64,000 bases of DNA. It comes from an uncultured Clostridia bacterium (lineage in GTDB: Bacteria; Bacillota; Clostridia; TANB77; RGIG9151). The position numbers and the translations under genes were made by a program. The stretch lies in the NCBI GenBank assembly GCA_934500865.1, contig CAKSUD010000001.1, positions 1,509 through 65,508 on the forward strand, given 5' to 3'. The notes under the pieces were generated by a model. That model was not told where the DNA came from. It made no database searches and saw only the letters and a list, made by a program, of their open reading frames with translations. This document shows positions 48,938 through 59,172 of the stretch, one piece after another. Positions within the stretch are counted from its first letter, which is position 1, and every line of letters starts with the position of its first letter.

Positions 48938-49327
48938 ATGGAAAAATTTCTTAAAGTTACTGTAAATGGTACGGTGTATGATGTTAAGGTTGAAGAAGTA
49001 AAACCTGGAGAAATAAAGGTGGAGGAAAGTGTAGCTCCTGCTAAAGTTCAAGAAACGAAACCTCAAGTAGAACAACCTAAACCGGCAGAAAATAAAGTTG
49101 CACCCACTTCTGGAAATATTAAGGTTCTTGCACCGATGCCGGGCAATATATGGAAGATAAAAACATCTATTGGTGCTAAGGTTGAAAAACACGAAGTATT
49201 ATTAATTTTAGAGGCAATGAAGATGGAAAATGAAATTGTTGCGCCTGAGGCAGGAACGGTTACTAACATTTTAGTAAAAGAGGGAGATGCCGTAGAACCG
49301 GGAAAAGTAATGGTTGAAATGGCATAA
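48938..49327 (+). CDS. Stand-alone biotin carboxyl carrier protein (1.3S / MmdC / GcdC-like)
   Basis: MEKFLKVTVNGTVYDVKVEEV ..., a Pro/Ala/Glu linker, and the EAMKMENEI biotinyl-lysine motif. Confidence 0.8.
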   Translation: MEKFLKVTVNGTVYDVKVEEVKPGEIKVEESVAPAKVQETKPQVEQPKPAENKVAPTSGNIKVLAPMPGNIWKIKTSIGAKVEKHEVLLILEAMKMENEIVAPEAGTVTNILVKEGDAVEPGKVMVEMA

Positions 49328-49376
49328 TTAATAGAGTTTTGTGAAGCCATGTTGACCAAACGTAATTATTGTAATT

Positions 49377-49402
49377 CGATAGCCGTAAGGCTATCGTTTT
49401 TT
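49377..49402 (+). terminator. Rho-independent terminator CGATAGCCgtaaGGCTATCGTTTTTT
   Basis: 8-bp stem followed by a T-run. Confidence 0.75.
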
Positions 49403-49534
49403 GTTTAAGATAGTAATGAATTTAGATATTTTTACTATAACTAAAAATTGCTATTTAACAGGTTTTATATTTGACGCATTTTGTCTTTTGTGATAAAATA
49501 TCTAAGAACTTTAAATTGGAAGGAGAGTTATATT

Positions 49535-50998
49535 ATGGATAATGAACAAGTTGAATTTAGAAAAGCAAAACTTGAAAACTTAGCTAAAACAGTTAAGGCA
49601 TATCCTGAGAGATATGAAAAAACACATGAATTAAAAGATATTATTAATTTAGAAGACGGGGTTACAGGAGTTAAAGTTGCCGGAAGAATACTCTCCATCA
49701 GAAAAATGGGTAAACTTGCTTTTGTGCACATTTCTGATTTAGAAGGAAGAACACAACTTGCACTTAAAAAAGATGTTTTGGGCGAAGAAAAGTATAAGTT
49801 TTTCTTTGAAAATATAGATATTGGAGATTTTATCGGAGCAGAAGGTGAAGTATTTACTACACAAACCGGTGAAAAGACAATAAGAGTTAGTGAATATACT
49901 TTCTTAGGTAAATGCTTACGTCCATTACCTGAAAAATGGCACGGATTAGTAGATATAGAGGCTTGTTACAGACAACGTTATTTGGATTTAATTATGAATA
50001 ACGATACCAAGAAAAGATTTATTTTAAGAACAAAAATGTTAAATGCAATTAGAGCATTTTTAACTAATAAGGGATTTTTGGAAGTTGAAACTCCTATACT
50101 TTTAAATAAAGCGTCAGGTGCTTTGGCTAGACCGTTTGTTACACATCACAATGCATTAGATATTGATATGTATTTAAGAATTGCTCCTGAAACATATTTA
50201 AAGAGACTTGTTGTTGGTGGATTTAATAATGTTTTTGAAATTGCAAGATGTTTTAGAAATGAAGGAATTGATAAAACTCACCTTCAAGATTTTACTATGA
50301 TAGAAGGATATTCAGCTTATTGGAATTATAGAGACAATATGAAACTAATGAAGGAAATGTTTACATATATTCTTCAAGAAGTTTTCGGAACACTTACAAT
50401 TTCAATTAACGGGACTGAAATTGATTTTTCTAAGGAATGGGAAGAAGTATCATTTAAGGATGCTATCTTACGTGACTGTGGAATTGATATTGACAACTTT
50501 AAAACTGCTGATGATTTGAGAAAAGAAATTAAGGCTAAGGGAATTGTACTGGAAGTAGATAATTTAGAAGAATTAGGTTTAGGAAACCTTATTGACCAAC
50601 TATATAAGAAAGTTAGCCGTCCTAAGATTATAAATCCTACATTCTTAACAAGTCATCCGACAGAATTATCGCCTTTGGCTCGTGCAAATGATGATAATCC
50701 TGAAATTACAGATAGATTCCAACTTGTTGTTAATGGTGTTGAAATTGTTAATGCTTATTCTGAGTTGGTTGACCCTATTGAACAAAGAAAGAGACTTGAA
50801 ATTCAAGCGCAAAGTAGGGCTAATGGCGATGATGAAGCTATGGTTAAGGAAGAAGATTATTTACTTGCTATGGAATATGGTATGCCACCTATTTCTGGTT
50901 GGGGAATGGGAATTGACAGACTTCTTCAATTGTTCTTGGAACAAGAAAATATTAAGGATTGCATATTGTTCCCATTAATGCGTCCATTAGATGATTAG
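49535..50998 (+). CDS. lysS: Lysyl-tRNA synthetase (class II)
   Basis: RBS GGAAGGAGAG before MDNEQVEFRKAKLENL. OB fold plus class II core. The track starts 54 nt earlier. Confidence 0.9.
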   Translation: MDNEQVEFRKAKLENLAKTVKAYPERYEKTHELKDIINLEDGVTGVKVAGRILSIRKMGKLAFVHISDLEGRTQLALKKDVLGEEKYKFFFENIDIGDFIGAEGEVFTTQTGEKTIRVSEYTFLGKCLRPLPEKWHGLVDIEACYRQRYLDLIMNNDTKKRFILRTKMLNAIRAFLTNKGFLEVETPILLNKASGALARPFVTHHNALDIDMYLRIAPETYLKRLVVGGFNNVFEIARCFRNEGIDKTHLQDFTMIEGYSAYWNYRDNMKLMKEMFTYILQEVFGTLTISINGTEIDFSKEWEEVSFKDAILRDCGIDIDNFKTADDLRKEIKAKGIVLEVDNLEELGLGNLIDQLYKKVSRPKIINPTFLTSHPTELSPLARANDDNPEITDRFQLVVNGVEIVNAYSELVDPIEQRKRLEIQAQSRANGDDEAMVKEEDYLLAMEYGMPPISGWGMGIDRLLQLFLEQENIKDCILFPLMRPLDD

Positions 50999-51023
50999 TA
51001 TAAATTATAACTGAAAGGAAGTT

Positions 51024-52418
51024 ATGACAATGTCAGAATTGACTATGGATAAATTGGTAGCTTTAGCTAAAAACAGAGGATTTGTTTTCCCAGGGTCTGA
51101 GATTTACGGTGGACTTGCTAATTCTTGGGATTATGGCCCTTTAGGAAGCGAACTAAAGAAAAATATAAAGGATGCTTGGTGGCAAAAGTTTATTCGCGAA
51201 TCTAAATATAATGTCGGAATTGATGCGGCAATTATTATGAACCCTCAAGTTTGGGTAACAACAGGACATGTTGGTGGATTTAGTGATCCTTTAATTGACT
51301 GTAAAGCTTGTAAAACAAGACATAGAGCCGATAAACTTATTGAGGAATGGGCATTTAAAAACGGAAATCCTGTTTCGGGGTTGGATGGTTGGACTAATGA
51401 ACAATTAGTACAATTTATTAATGATAATAAGATTCCTTGCCCAGACTGTGGTAAGACTGATTTTACAGATATAAGAAAGTTTAACTTAATGTTTAAGACA
51501 TTTATGGGAGTAACAGAAGACGCTAAGTCAGAGGTTTATTTAAGACCGGAAACTGCACAAGGTATGTTTGTTAACTTTAAGAATGTTTTAAGGAGTTCAA
51601 GAAGAAAGATGCCTATGGGAATTGGGCAAATGGGTCGTTCTTTTAGAAATGAAATTACACCTGGTAATTTTATTTTTAGAACTCGTGAATTTGAACAAAT
51701 GGAACTTGAATTCTTCTGTAAGCCAGGAACTGATTTAGAATGGTATTCATATTGGAAAGATTATTGTAAAAATTGGTTGATTTCATTAGGTGCAAAAGAA
51801 GAAAACTTAAGAATGAGAGAACATTCAAAAGAGGAGCTTTCTTTCTATAGCAAGGGAACAACTGATATTGAATACTTATTCCCATTTGGTTGGGGAGAAT
51901 TATGGGGCATCGCTGACAGAACAGATTATGATTTGTCTCGTCATATGGAAGCTTCTAAGGAAGATTTGACTTACTTAGATCAAGAGACCAACGAGAAATA
52001 TGTTCCTTATTGTGTTGAACCAGCCGTTGGCGTTGATAGATTATTCTTGATGTTCTTATGCAATGCATATGAAGAACAAGAAATTGCTGAAGGAGATGTA
52101 AGAACAGTGCTTCATTTACATCCTGCCCTAGCACCTATTAAAGCAGCAATCTTACCATTATCTAAGAAGCTTTCTGAACCTGCTACTAAGCTTTATGAAG
52201 AATTATCTTCTAAGTTTATGTGCGAATATGATGAAGCTGGAAGTATCGGTAAGAGATATAGAAGGGAAGACGAAATAGGAACTCCGTTCTGTATTACTTA
52301 TGATTTTGAGTCTGAAAATGATAAGTGCGTTACAGTAAGAGACAGAGATTCTATGGAGCAAGTTAGAATCCCAATTGATGAGTTAGAAGAATATATAAGT
52401 AGCAAAATTAAGTTTTAA
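51024..52418 (+). CDS. glyQS: Glycyl-tRNA synthetase (alpha2 type)
   Basis: [28 protein letters not shown] motif. Confidence 0.9.
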   Translation: MTMSELTMDKLVALAKNRGFVFPGSEIYGGLANSWDYGPLGSELKKNIKDAWWQKFIRESKYNVGIDAAIIMNPQVWVTTGHVGGFSDPLIDCKACKTRHRADKLIEEWAFKNGNPVSGLDGWTNEQLVQFINDNKIPCPDCGKTDFTDIRKFNLMFKTFMGVTEDAKSEVYLRPETAQGMFVNFKNVLRSSRRKMPMGIGQMGRSFRNEITPGNFIFRTREFEQMELEFFCKPGTDLEWYSYWKDYCKNWLISLGAKEENLRMREHSKEELSFYSKGTTDIEYLFPFGWGELWGIADRTDYDLSRHMEASKEDLTYLDQETNEKYVPYCVEPAVGVDRLFLMFLCNAYEEQEIAEGDVRTVLHLHPALAPIKAAILPLSKKLSEPATKLYEELSSKFMCEYDEAGSIGKRYRREDEIGTPFCITYDFESENDKCVTVRDRDSMEQVRIPIDELEEYISSKIKF

Positions 52419-52471
52419 TATTTATAATTTGAAGGAAATGAAAATAACAAAGTTAAAGGAGAAAAAATTTT

Positions 52472-53560
52472 ATGAGTTATAAGGTAAGTGTTATTGTACC
52501 AATAAATAATGTTGCCAAATATTTAGGTGAAGCTTTAGATTCTTTAATTAATCAAACTATTGGCACTGATAATTTACAAGTAATTATGGTAGATGATGGT
52601 TCTACAGATGAAAGTACTAAAATTATGAAGCGATATGCAAGGGAAAATTCAAATTTTGTGGATATATATTTGCCGGTTGCTAGTGGAGCTGCTGGTAAGC
52701 CTAGAAATGTCGGAATTGACTCTGCCAAAGCTGATTACGTTATGTTTTTAGATCCGGATGATTATTATGCTCCAGATGCATGTGAAAAAATGTATAATAC
52801 AATAACTAAGGAAAAGGTGGATATTGTTACTGCAAATTACAAGTATATGGATGAAGATGGAACAGTATGGGATAAACCTGTGTTTGATACAAAGAGATTT
52901 ACAAATTTCAAGTTCGGAATGAGGAGCTTTAATGAATCATTTTTTATATGGAATTCTTCTGTGTGCAACAAGATTTTTTCTAAGAAGGTAATTGATGAAA
53001 ATAATATAAGATTTTTAGAAGGGGTTCCGGGTGAAGATGCATATGTTTCTTATGCGACATTACTTAATTCGGAGAGTGCATATTTTATAAGTGATACAAT
53101 TTATTATTATAGAAGAAGGAGCAATAGTGGTACACTTTCTGTTTCTTGGAATAGGTCAATAGGCTATTTTGAAAAGATAAACTATGCATATAAAAAGATA
53201 TATGAACTTTTTGAAAAGAATAACAAGCTTGATTTGTTTAGATACTTTTATTCCAAAACACTTACATCTGTTTTTTATAAATTGGTAGATACTAATCTTA
53301 TGACTGATGAGGAAAAAATTAAAATATTAGAAGAAATGGCATGGTTATATAATTTAAGAGATAAACTTAAAATTGAGCCTTGCCAAAAATCATTAAATGC
53401 AGTTTTTAATTTGGTTAGGGAGCAAAAATATAAAGAAGCTGTAGATGTTTGCAAGATTATTGCGGAAATGAGAACATACATTCCTAAGGACATACGTGAG
53501 AATATGTCAAAACCTGAGAATGTTAAATACGAAGAAGTTGGAGCAAGTGATAAAAAATGA
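52472..53560 (+). CDS. GT2 glycosyltransferase
   Basis: VSVIVPINN ... MVDDGSTD ... FLDPDD motifs. Confidence 0.75.
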   Translation: MSYKVSVIVPINNVAKYLGEALDSLINQTIGTDNLQVIMVDDGSTDESTKIMKRYARENSNFVDIYLPVASGAAGKPRNVGIDSAKADYVMFLDPDDYYAPDACEKMYNTITKEKVDIVTANYKYMDEDGTVWDKPVFDTKRFTNFKFGMRSFNESFFIWNSSVCNKIFSKKVIDENNIRFLEGVPGEDAYVSYATLLNSESAYFISDTIYYYRRRSNSGTLSVSWNRSIGYFEKINYAYKKIYELFEKNNKLDLFRYFYSKTLTSVFYKLVDTNLMTDEEKIKILEEMAWLYNLRDKLKIEPCQKSLNAVFNLVREQKYKEAVDVCKIIAEMRTYIPKDIRENMSKPENVKYEEVGASDKK

Positions 53561-54429
53561 TTGACTTACATGTACATACTTATTGTTCAGATGGTGAACA
53601 TTCACCTGAAAAGACCGTAGAAATTGCAAAACTTTCGGGTATAACAGATGTTGCGATAACCGACCATGATACTTGCACAGGTGTAGAAAGGGCAATGATA
53701 AAAGGCAGAGAAATTGGTATAGAGGTTATACCTGGAATAGAAGTTACAGCTTATGAGAGTGAGGAAATCCATGTTTTAGGCTACTATGTTAATTATAAGT
53801 CATCTAAGCTTGATGATTATGCAGAACTATTAAAAAAAGACCTTAAAAATGAGGAGAATATAATATTTGACACATTTCATGAATTGGGATTTGAAGTTAC
53901 CAGAGATGAAATTATCGAAAAATATGCTATGGGTACATCGATTGCACCGGGGCACTTTGTTGATTGGCTTATAGATAATGGGTTTGAGAGTAATAAAAAG
54001 TCTACATATACTAAATATTTTAGAAATGGGAAGCTTGCTCATAGAAAAGCAGATAGAATGAAAGTTAGCGAGGCAGTTAAGTTTATTAAGAGTATTGGTG
54101 GAGTACCTGTTTTGGCTCATCCAATAAGAATAAGTTGGAATTTAAAACAGCTTGTATCAAATATAATAGAATTGAAAGAATATGGTTTGATGGGGTTAGA
54201 AGCAATTTATAGTATGTCTGATGAGGATAGTATTAGAGAACATATGAAAATTGCTAGGAATACTGGACTTTTAATTACTCTTGGAAGTGATTATCATGGG
54301 CATAAGGTTAAGGACTATATCGATATTGGTTATGGTGAGAGAAATAGTCTAGTTAAGTATCAAGATGTGAAGTTAACTAATAGAATTTTACATGAATTGC
54401 GTCAAAATGAATTAAGTATGATTATATAA
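53557..54429 (+). CDS. PHP-domain phosphoesterase (TrpH/YciV-like)
   Basis: MIDLHVHTYCSDG ... AITDHDT ... LAHP ... GSDYHG motifs. Overlaps the GT2 gene by 4 nt. Confidence 0.7.
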   Translation: MIDLHVHTYCSDGEHSPEKTVEIAKLSGITDVAITDHDTCTGVERAMIKGREIGIEVIPGIEVTAYESEEIHVLGYYVNYKSSKLDDYAELLKKDLKNEENIIFDTFHELGFEVTRDEIIEKYAMGTSIAPGHFVDWLIDNGFESNKKSTYTKYFRNGKLAHRKADRMKVSEAVKFIKSIGGVPVLAHPIRISWNLKQLVSNIIELKEYGLMGLEAIYSMSDEDSIREHMKIARNTGLLITLGSDYHGHKVKDYIDIGYGERNSLVKYQDVKLTNRILHELRQNELSMII

Positions 54430-54457
54430 ATAACTTTTGTAGTCGGAGGTAGTAGTA

Positions 54458-55204
54458 ATGTTTAATGCAGTTGATGCTAAAAATAAGACAGTAAAATGGA
54501 TAAGAGACTTCTTTGAGAAGAACGGAAAAGATTGTAATGCAATTGTTGGAATTTCCGGTGGAAAAGACAGCTCGATAGTTGCGGCGTTATGCGTTGAAGC
54601 TTTAGGAAAAGATAGAGTTATTGGTGTTTTAATGCCCTGTGGGGAGCAAAGCGATATAGACTGTGCAAAACTTTTGATAAATCATTTAGGTATTAAAAGC
54701 TATACTATAAATATTAAAGATGCGGTAAATGGTATTTTAGGCAATATGCCGGATGGATTTGAAACTAGTATACAAACTAAGACAAATATACAACCTCGAG
54801 TAAGAATGACTACATTGTATGCTGTGGGCCAAAGTAATAACGGAAGGGTTGCTAATACTTGCAATATGTCTGAAGACTGGGTTGGATACTCCACTAGATA
54901 CGGCGATGCTGCCGGTGATTTTAGCCCTATTTCTGACTTTACTGTTACTGAGCTAAAACAAATAGGACGAGTGTTAAACTTACCAAATGAGCTTGTAAAT
55001 AAGACTCCGATTGATGGACTATGCGGAAAAACAGATGAAGAAAATTTAGGATTTACATATGAAGTACTAGATAGATACATCCGTACAGGAGTATGCAAAG
55101 ACCCTAATATAAAAAATAAAATAGATGAAATGCATGAAAGAAATAAATTTAAATTAGAGCTTATGCCAAGTTTTAAATATGACTATGATAAAGATTTATT
55201 TTAA
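54458..55204 (+). CDS. nadE: NH3-dependent NAD+ synthetase
   Basis: GISGGKDSS PP-loop motif. Confidence 0.85.
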   Translation: MFNAVDAKNKTVKWIRDFFEKNGKDCNAIVGISGGKDSSIVAALCVEALGKDRVIGVLMPCGEQSDIDCAKLLINHLGIKSYTINIKDAVNGILGNMPDGFETSIQTKTNIQPRVRMTTLYAVGQSNNGRVANTCNMSEDWVGYSTRYGDAAGDFSPISDFTVTELKQIGRVLNLPNELVNKTPIDGLCGKTDEENLGFTYEVLDRYIRTGVCKDPNIKNKIDEMHERNKFKLELMPSFKYDYDKDLF

Positions 55205-55215
55205 TTGAGAATTAG

Positions 55216-55247
55216 AGATTGTCGACAGTGTGCGACAATCTTTTTTT
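55216..55247 (+). terminator. Terminator AGATTGTCGacagtgtgCGACAATCTTTTTTT
   Basis: 9-bp stem followed by a T-run. Confidence 0.75.
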
Positions 55248-55266
55248 GAAAAAAATAAAACTGCTA

Positions 55267-56994
55267 TTATAGCAGTTTTATCATTTCTTCTTTATATTTT
55301 TCAAGTTTTTCTCTTGTTTCATCTTCATTTTTTCCAGGTATACCAAAGTATAGCTTAATAATAGGTTCTGTGCCTGAAGGTCTTATAACTAAGTTTGAGT
55401 TATCAGCCATTTCGAAGAATAATACGTCAGATGTAGGCAAGTTTGTTGGTTCGGTTCTTCCTGTTGAAAGTTCTGTGATTAATCCACTTTGATAGTCTCT
55501 TACTTTTAGGACTTTTGTATTATTTATTTCTCTTGGCAAGTTTTCACGGATTTTTAACATGGCTTTTTGCATTTCTTCTTTAGCAGCGACTCCTTCTTTC
55601 TTTATTGAGATTACTGCGTCTTTGAAACAACCATAATTTTTGTAAAGTGCAATTAGAGCATCATATAGGCTCATATTGTTTGCTTTATAATATGCAGCCA
55701 TTTCTGCAATAAGCATTGAAGCGAATATTGCGTCTTTATCACGAGCATATGTTCCACTAAGGTATCCGTAACTTTCCTCAAAACCAAAGATATAAGTATA
55801 TTCTCCGGTTTGTTCAAACTCTTTTATCTTTTCACCAATGTATTTGAACCCTGTCAATACATTTATTAATTTTACATTATTTTTCTTACATATTTCATTA
55901 ACAAGTTCAGTAGATACAATACTCTTTACAACGCAAGCATTACTTGGCAATGTGTTATTCTTTTTCATATTTTCAATTATATATGCAACCATTAATGCAC
56001 CAACTTGGTTTCCGGATAATGTTATAAATTCACCATTAGGAGTTTTTACTACGATTCCCATTCTATCTGCGTCCGGGTCTGTTCCTATAACTAAGTCACA
56101 ATTTTCTTTTTTTGCGATTTCTATTCCTAGATTAAAGCAAGACTTTACTTCCGGATTTGGTTTTTCTACTGTTGGGAAGTTACCGTCTAGTATCATTTGC
56201 TCTGGCACTGTTAAGATGTTTTCCGGTTTTGCACCTGCCATTTTTAATATTTCAGGTACAAGTCTATATCCGCTTCCGTGAAGAGGAGTATATACGATTT
56301 TAAAATTATCGCTTATATTTCTAATAGCATCTTTATTGATTTGTGTTTTTAAGATTTCACTTAAGAAAATCTTATCGAATTCTTCACCAATCATTTCGAT
56401 TTTCCCATCTGATACTGCGGAAGAGAAATCAGTCGATTTTATATCATTAAAAATATCTAGTTTTTTCATTGTGTCATATATCTTTTTTGCGTGTTCTGGC
56501 GGAACTTGTGCCCCGTCTTCCCAATAAACCTTATATCCGTTATATTCTTTAGGATTGTGAGATGCGGTAATCATTACACCTGCGATACATTTAAAATGTC
56601 TTGTGGCAAACGATAAAGCCGGTACAGGGTGAAGTTCGTTAAACATGTATACTTTAATTCCATTAGCTGCTAGTACGCTAGCAGTTTTTTCGGCAAAAAG
56701 TCTAGAATTATTTCTGCTATCATATGAAACAGCCACTCCGCGAGACTGACAATTTTCTTCAATAATTGTATTTGCGAGGCCTTGAGTGGCATGTGCAACT
56801 GTATGAACGTTCATTCCGTTTGTTCCTGCTCTCATGATGCCTCTAAGACCTGCTGTTCCAAAGTTTAAGGGTTCATAAAAGAACTCCTTTAATTTTTCTT
56901 CATCATTTAATGCTGATGAAATCTCTTTACGTATGTTTTCATCTAAGTTAGGATAGTTTAACCATTCTTGTGCTTGTTCTAAATAACTTGACAT
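55267..56994 (-). CDS. pgcA: Phosphoglucomutase / alpha-D-phosphohexomutase
   Basis: GVMITASHNPKEYNGYKVY motif. 575 aa. Confidence 0.85.
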   Translation of the reverse strand: MSSYLEQAQEWLNYPNLDENIRKEISSALNDEEKLKEFFYEPLNFGTAGLRGIMRAGTNGMNVHTVAHATQGLANTIIEENCQSRGVAVSYDSRNNSRLFAEKTASVLAANGIKVYMFNELHPVPALSFATRHFKCIAGVMITASHNPKEYNGYKVYWEDGAQVPPEHAKKIYDTMKKLDIFNDIKSTDFSSAVSDGKIEMIGEEFDKIFLSEILKTQINKDAIRNISDNFKIVYTPLHGSGYRLVPEILKMAGAKPENILTVPEQMILDGNFPTVEKPNPEVKSCFNLGIEIAKKENCDLVIGTDPDADRMGIVVKTPNGEFITLSGNQVGALMVAYIIENMKKNNTLPSNACVVKSIVSTELVNEICKKNNVKLINVLTGFKYIGEKIKEFEQTGEYTYIFGFEESYGYLSGTYARDKDAIFASMLIAEMAAYYKANNMSLYDALIALYKNYGCFKDAVISIKKEGVAAKEEMQKAMLKIRENLPREINNTKVLKVRDYQSGLITELSTGRTEPTNLPTSDVLFFEMADNSNLVIRPSGTEPIIKLYFGIPGKNEDETREKLEKYKEEMIKLL

Positions 56995-57230
56995 TAAAGT
57001 GTCCTCCTTTGTAAAACTTATATTTCAAATATAGTCTTATCACAAAAAAATATTTTTAGCAACTTTTAAGTTTTTTTAAATAATAAAATATGATAATCGT
57101 GCAGTTTAATGTTTCGGCAATTTTCGATCTTTGAGTGCGAAATAAAAAAGTTTGAATGTTGGGTAAAGGCTTGATTTTTATTGGATAATTTTGTATCATA
57201 TATAAGTAATACTAAAGATACGGAGGAAAG

Positions 57231-59135
57231 ATGATGGGCAGAAGTTATTTTAATGACGGAATTACGGGAAATGGCCGTTTGCTTGTTTCTTTTACAGACA
57301 AAGGTGAAGCTAATAGAATTTTTTGGCCGGAACAAGACTATGTTCAGCAAATAAATAATATATTTACAGGAATTAAATTTGATGATTCTGATACAAGGTT
57401 TTTGAATGAAAATCTTTGGTATGTGGAACAAAAGTATGAACCAAATACTAATATCCTTGTGACTATGTACGAGAATTCAGATTTTGGACTGCGTATTTAC
57501 CAAAAGGATTTTGTGGTTAACGACCAAGATGTTTGGGTTAGAAATTATACTATAAAAAATATATGTGATAGAGAATTAAATATAAAGACTTTTTTGCATA
57601 CTGATTTTATTACAGAAAATCATAATGTAAGAAGTGGAATGATGGATTTTGAGGATAATTTTGCGTTTATATATAACAAAGAACATATTGTTACAATAGG
57701 CTCAAACAGATGCCTTGCGGGATTCCAATTTGGAGACAGTCAAGAGGCTATTAGGAAGGATAGTCTATATGGAAAAGACGAAATTTCCATGACTTCTAAT
57801 ATGGCACTAAAATGGGAACTTGGAAGATTAAATCCGAACGAGGAGGTTGAGTTTAATATGTTTTTCTGTTTTTCATATAATATGGAAAGCGGAAGAAAAA
57901 TGTTTAATGAAATAAAGAGTGAAAGTATTAAAAAATTAATAGAAAACGAAAAGAAATATTGGGGAAATGTATTTAAGAAGTATGAAAGATTACTTACAGG
58001 AAATGAAAAGATAGATGAAGTATATCTAAAGTCGATTTTAACTTTTAAGTTACTTACTAATCCAGATACAGGGGCTATTTTGGCCGGTGTTGAGGTTGAT
58101 GAAAACTACACAAGATGTGGTAGATACGGGTATTGTTGGCCTAGAGATGGTTTCTTTATTACTAGGGCATTTGATATATGCGGAATGAAAGAAGAAGCCG
58201 AGAAGTTTTATACTGTATGGGCTAAAAAAGTGCAATTGCCGAATGGTGCTTGGCAACAAAGGTATTTCTTAGATGGTAGCCTTGCTCCTTCTTGGGGAAT
58301 TCAGTTAGACGAAGTAGCTGCGATTATTTATGGAGTTTTCGAACATTATAAATATTGCAAAGATATTAAATTTCTAGAAGATATGTGGGAATGTATAAAA
58401 AAAGCGGCTATTTATTTGAATGATAATATTGATGAAGATTCTGGATTACCTAGAGCATCATATGATTTATGGGAAGAGAGAATTGGCGAACATACATATA
58501 CAGCCGGCGCAGTTGCATCTGCATTAAGAATTGCGGGGAAAATTGCGGATGAATTAAAAGTTGATGTTCCTCTTGCTAAGATGTGGCAAAAGACGGCTGA
58601 AGGAATTGTAAAAAATATAGAGAGTAAGCTTTGGAATGAAAATGAAAAGAGATTTGTAAGAGGCATAAAAACAAGGCTTAATTGGTGGAATTGTGAAACA
58701 GAAGAAATAGAAACCAATAAAATGGGTTATAAATTGCCTGTTGCTTCTGTTGATTTAAGTGTGGATATAAGTTTAATAGGACTTGCTGTTCCTTTTGGAA
58801 TTTTTGATACAAAAGATGACAGAATTAAAAAGACAGTAAGAGCCATAGAGGATAGATTAGATGGTTTCCCGTCAGGTGGTTTTGGTAGATATGAATATGA
58901 CTCATATATAGGTGGAAATCCATGGATTGTTTCTACTTTGTGGCTTGGAATGTACTATGCGGAAGTGGGAGACACAGAGAGAGCTAAGGATTTATTGATT
59001 TGGGCTGCTAAAAATGCTACGAATTTAGGTTTTTTGCCTGAACAGGTTGATAAATTTACAGGAAATCGTGCTTGGATTTCTCAACTTTCTTGGTCATGTG
59101 CGATGTTTATTATTTTACTAGATAGATTAAAATAA
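57231..59135 (+). CDS. Glycoside hydrolase family 15 (glucoamylase/glucodextranase-like)
   Basis: 634 aa with an N-terminal beta-sandwich followed by an (alpha/alpha)6 region. Motifs YCWPRDG and LWEE. Confidence 0.7.
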   Translation: MMGRSYFNDGITGNGRLLVSFTDKGEANRIFWPEQDYVQQINNIFTGIKFDDSDTRFLNENLWYVEQKYEPNTNILVTMYENSDFGLRIYQKDFVVNDQDVWVRNYTIKNICDRELNIKTFLHTDFITENHNVRSGMMDFEDNFAFIYNKEHIVTIGSNRCLAGFQFGDSQEAIRKDSLYGKDEISMTSNMALKWELGRLNPNEEVEFNMFFCFSYNMESGRKMFNEIKSESIKKLIENEKKYWGNVFKKYERLLTGNEKIDEVYLKSILTFKLLTNPDTGAILAGVEVDENYTRCGRYGYCWPRDGFFITRAFDICGMKEEAEKFYTVWAKKVQLPNGAWQQRYFLDGSLAPSWGIQLDEVAAIIYGVFEHYKYCKDIKFLEDMWECIKKAAIYLNDNIDEDSGLPRASYDLWEERIGEHTYTAGAVASALRIAGKIADELKVDVPLAKMWQKTAEGIVKNIESKLWNENEKRFVRGIKTRLNWWNCETEEIETNKMGYKLPVASVDLSVDISLIGLAVPFGIFDTKDDRIKKTVRAIEDRLDGFPSGGFGRYEYDSYIGGNPWIVSTLWLGMYYAEVGDTERAKDLLIWAAKNATNLGFLPEQVDKFTGNRAWISQLSWSCAMFIILLDRLK

Positions 59136-59172
59136 ATTATATGATATTCTTATGGTAAAGTTGGAGGAAGAT

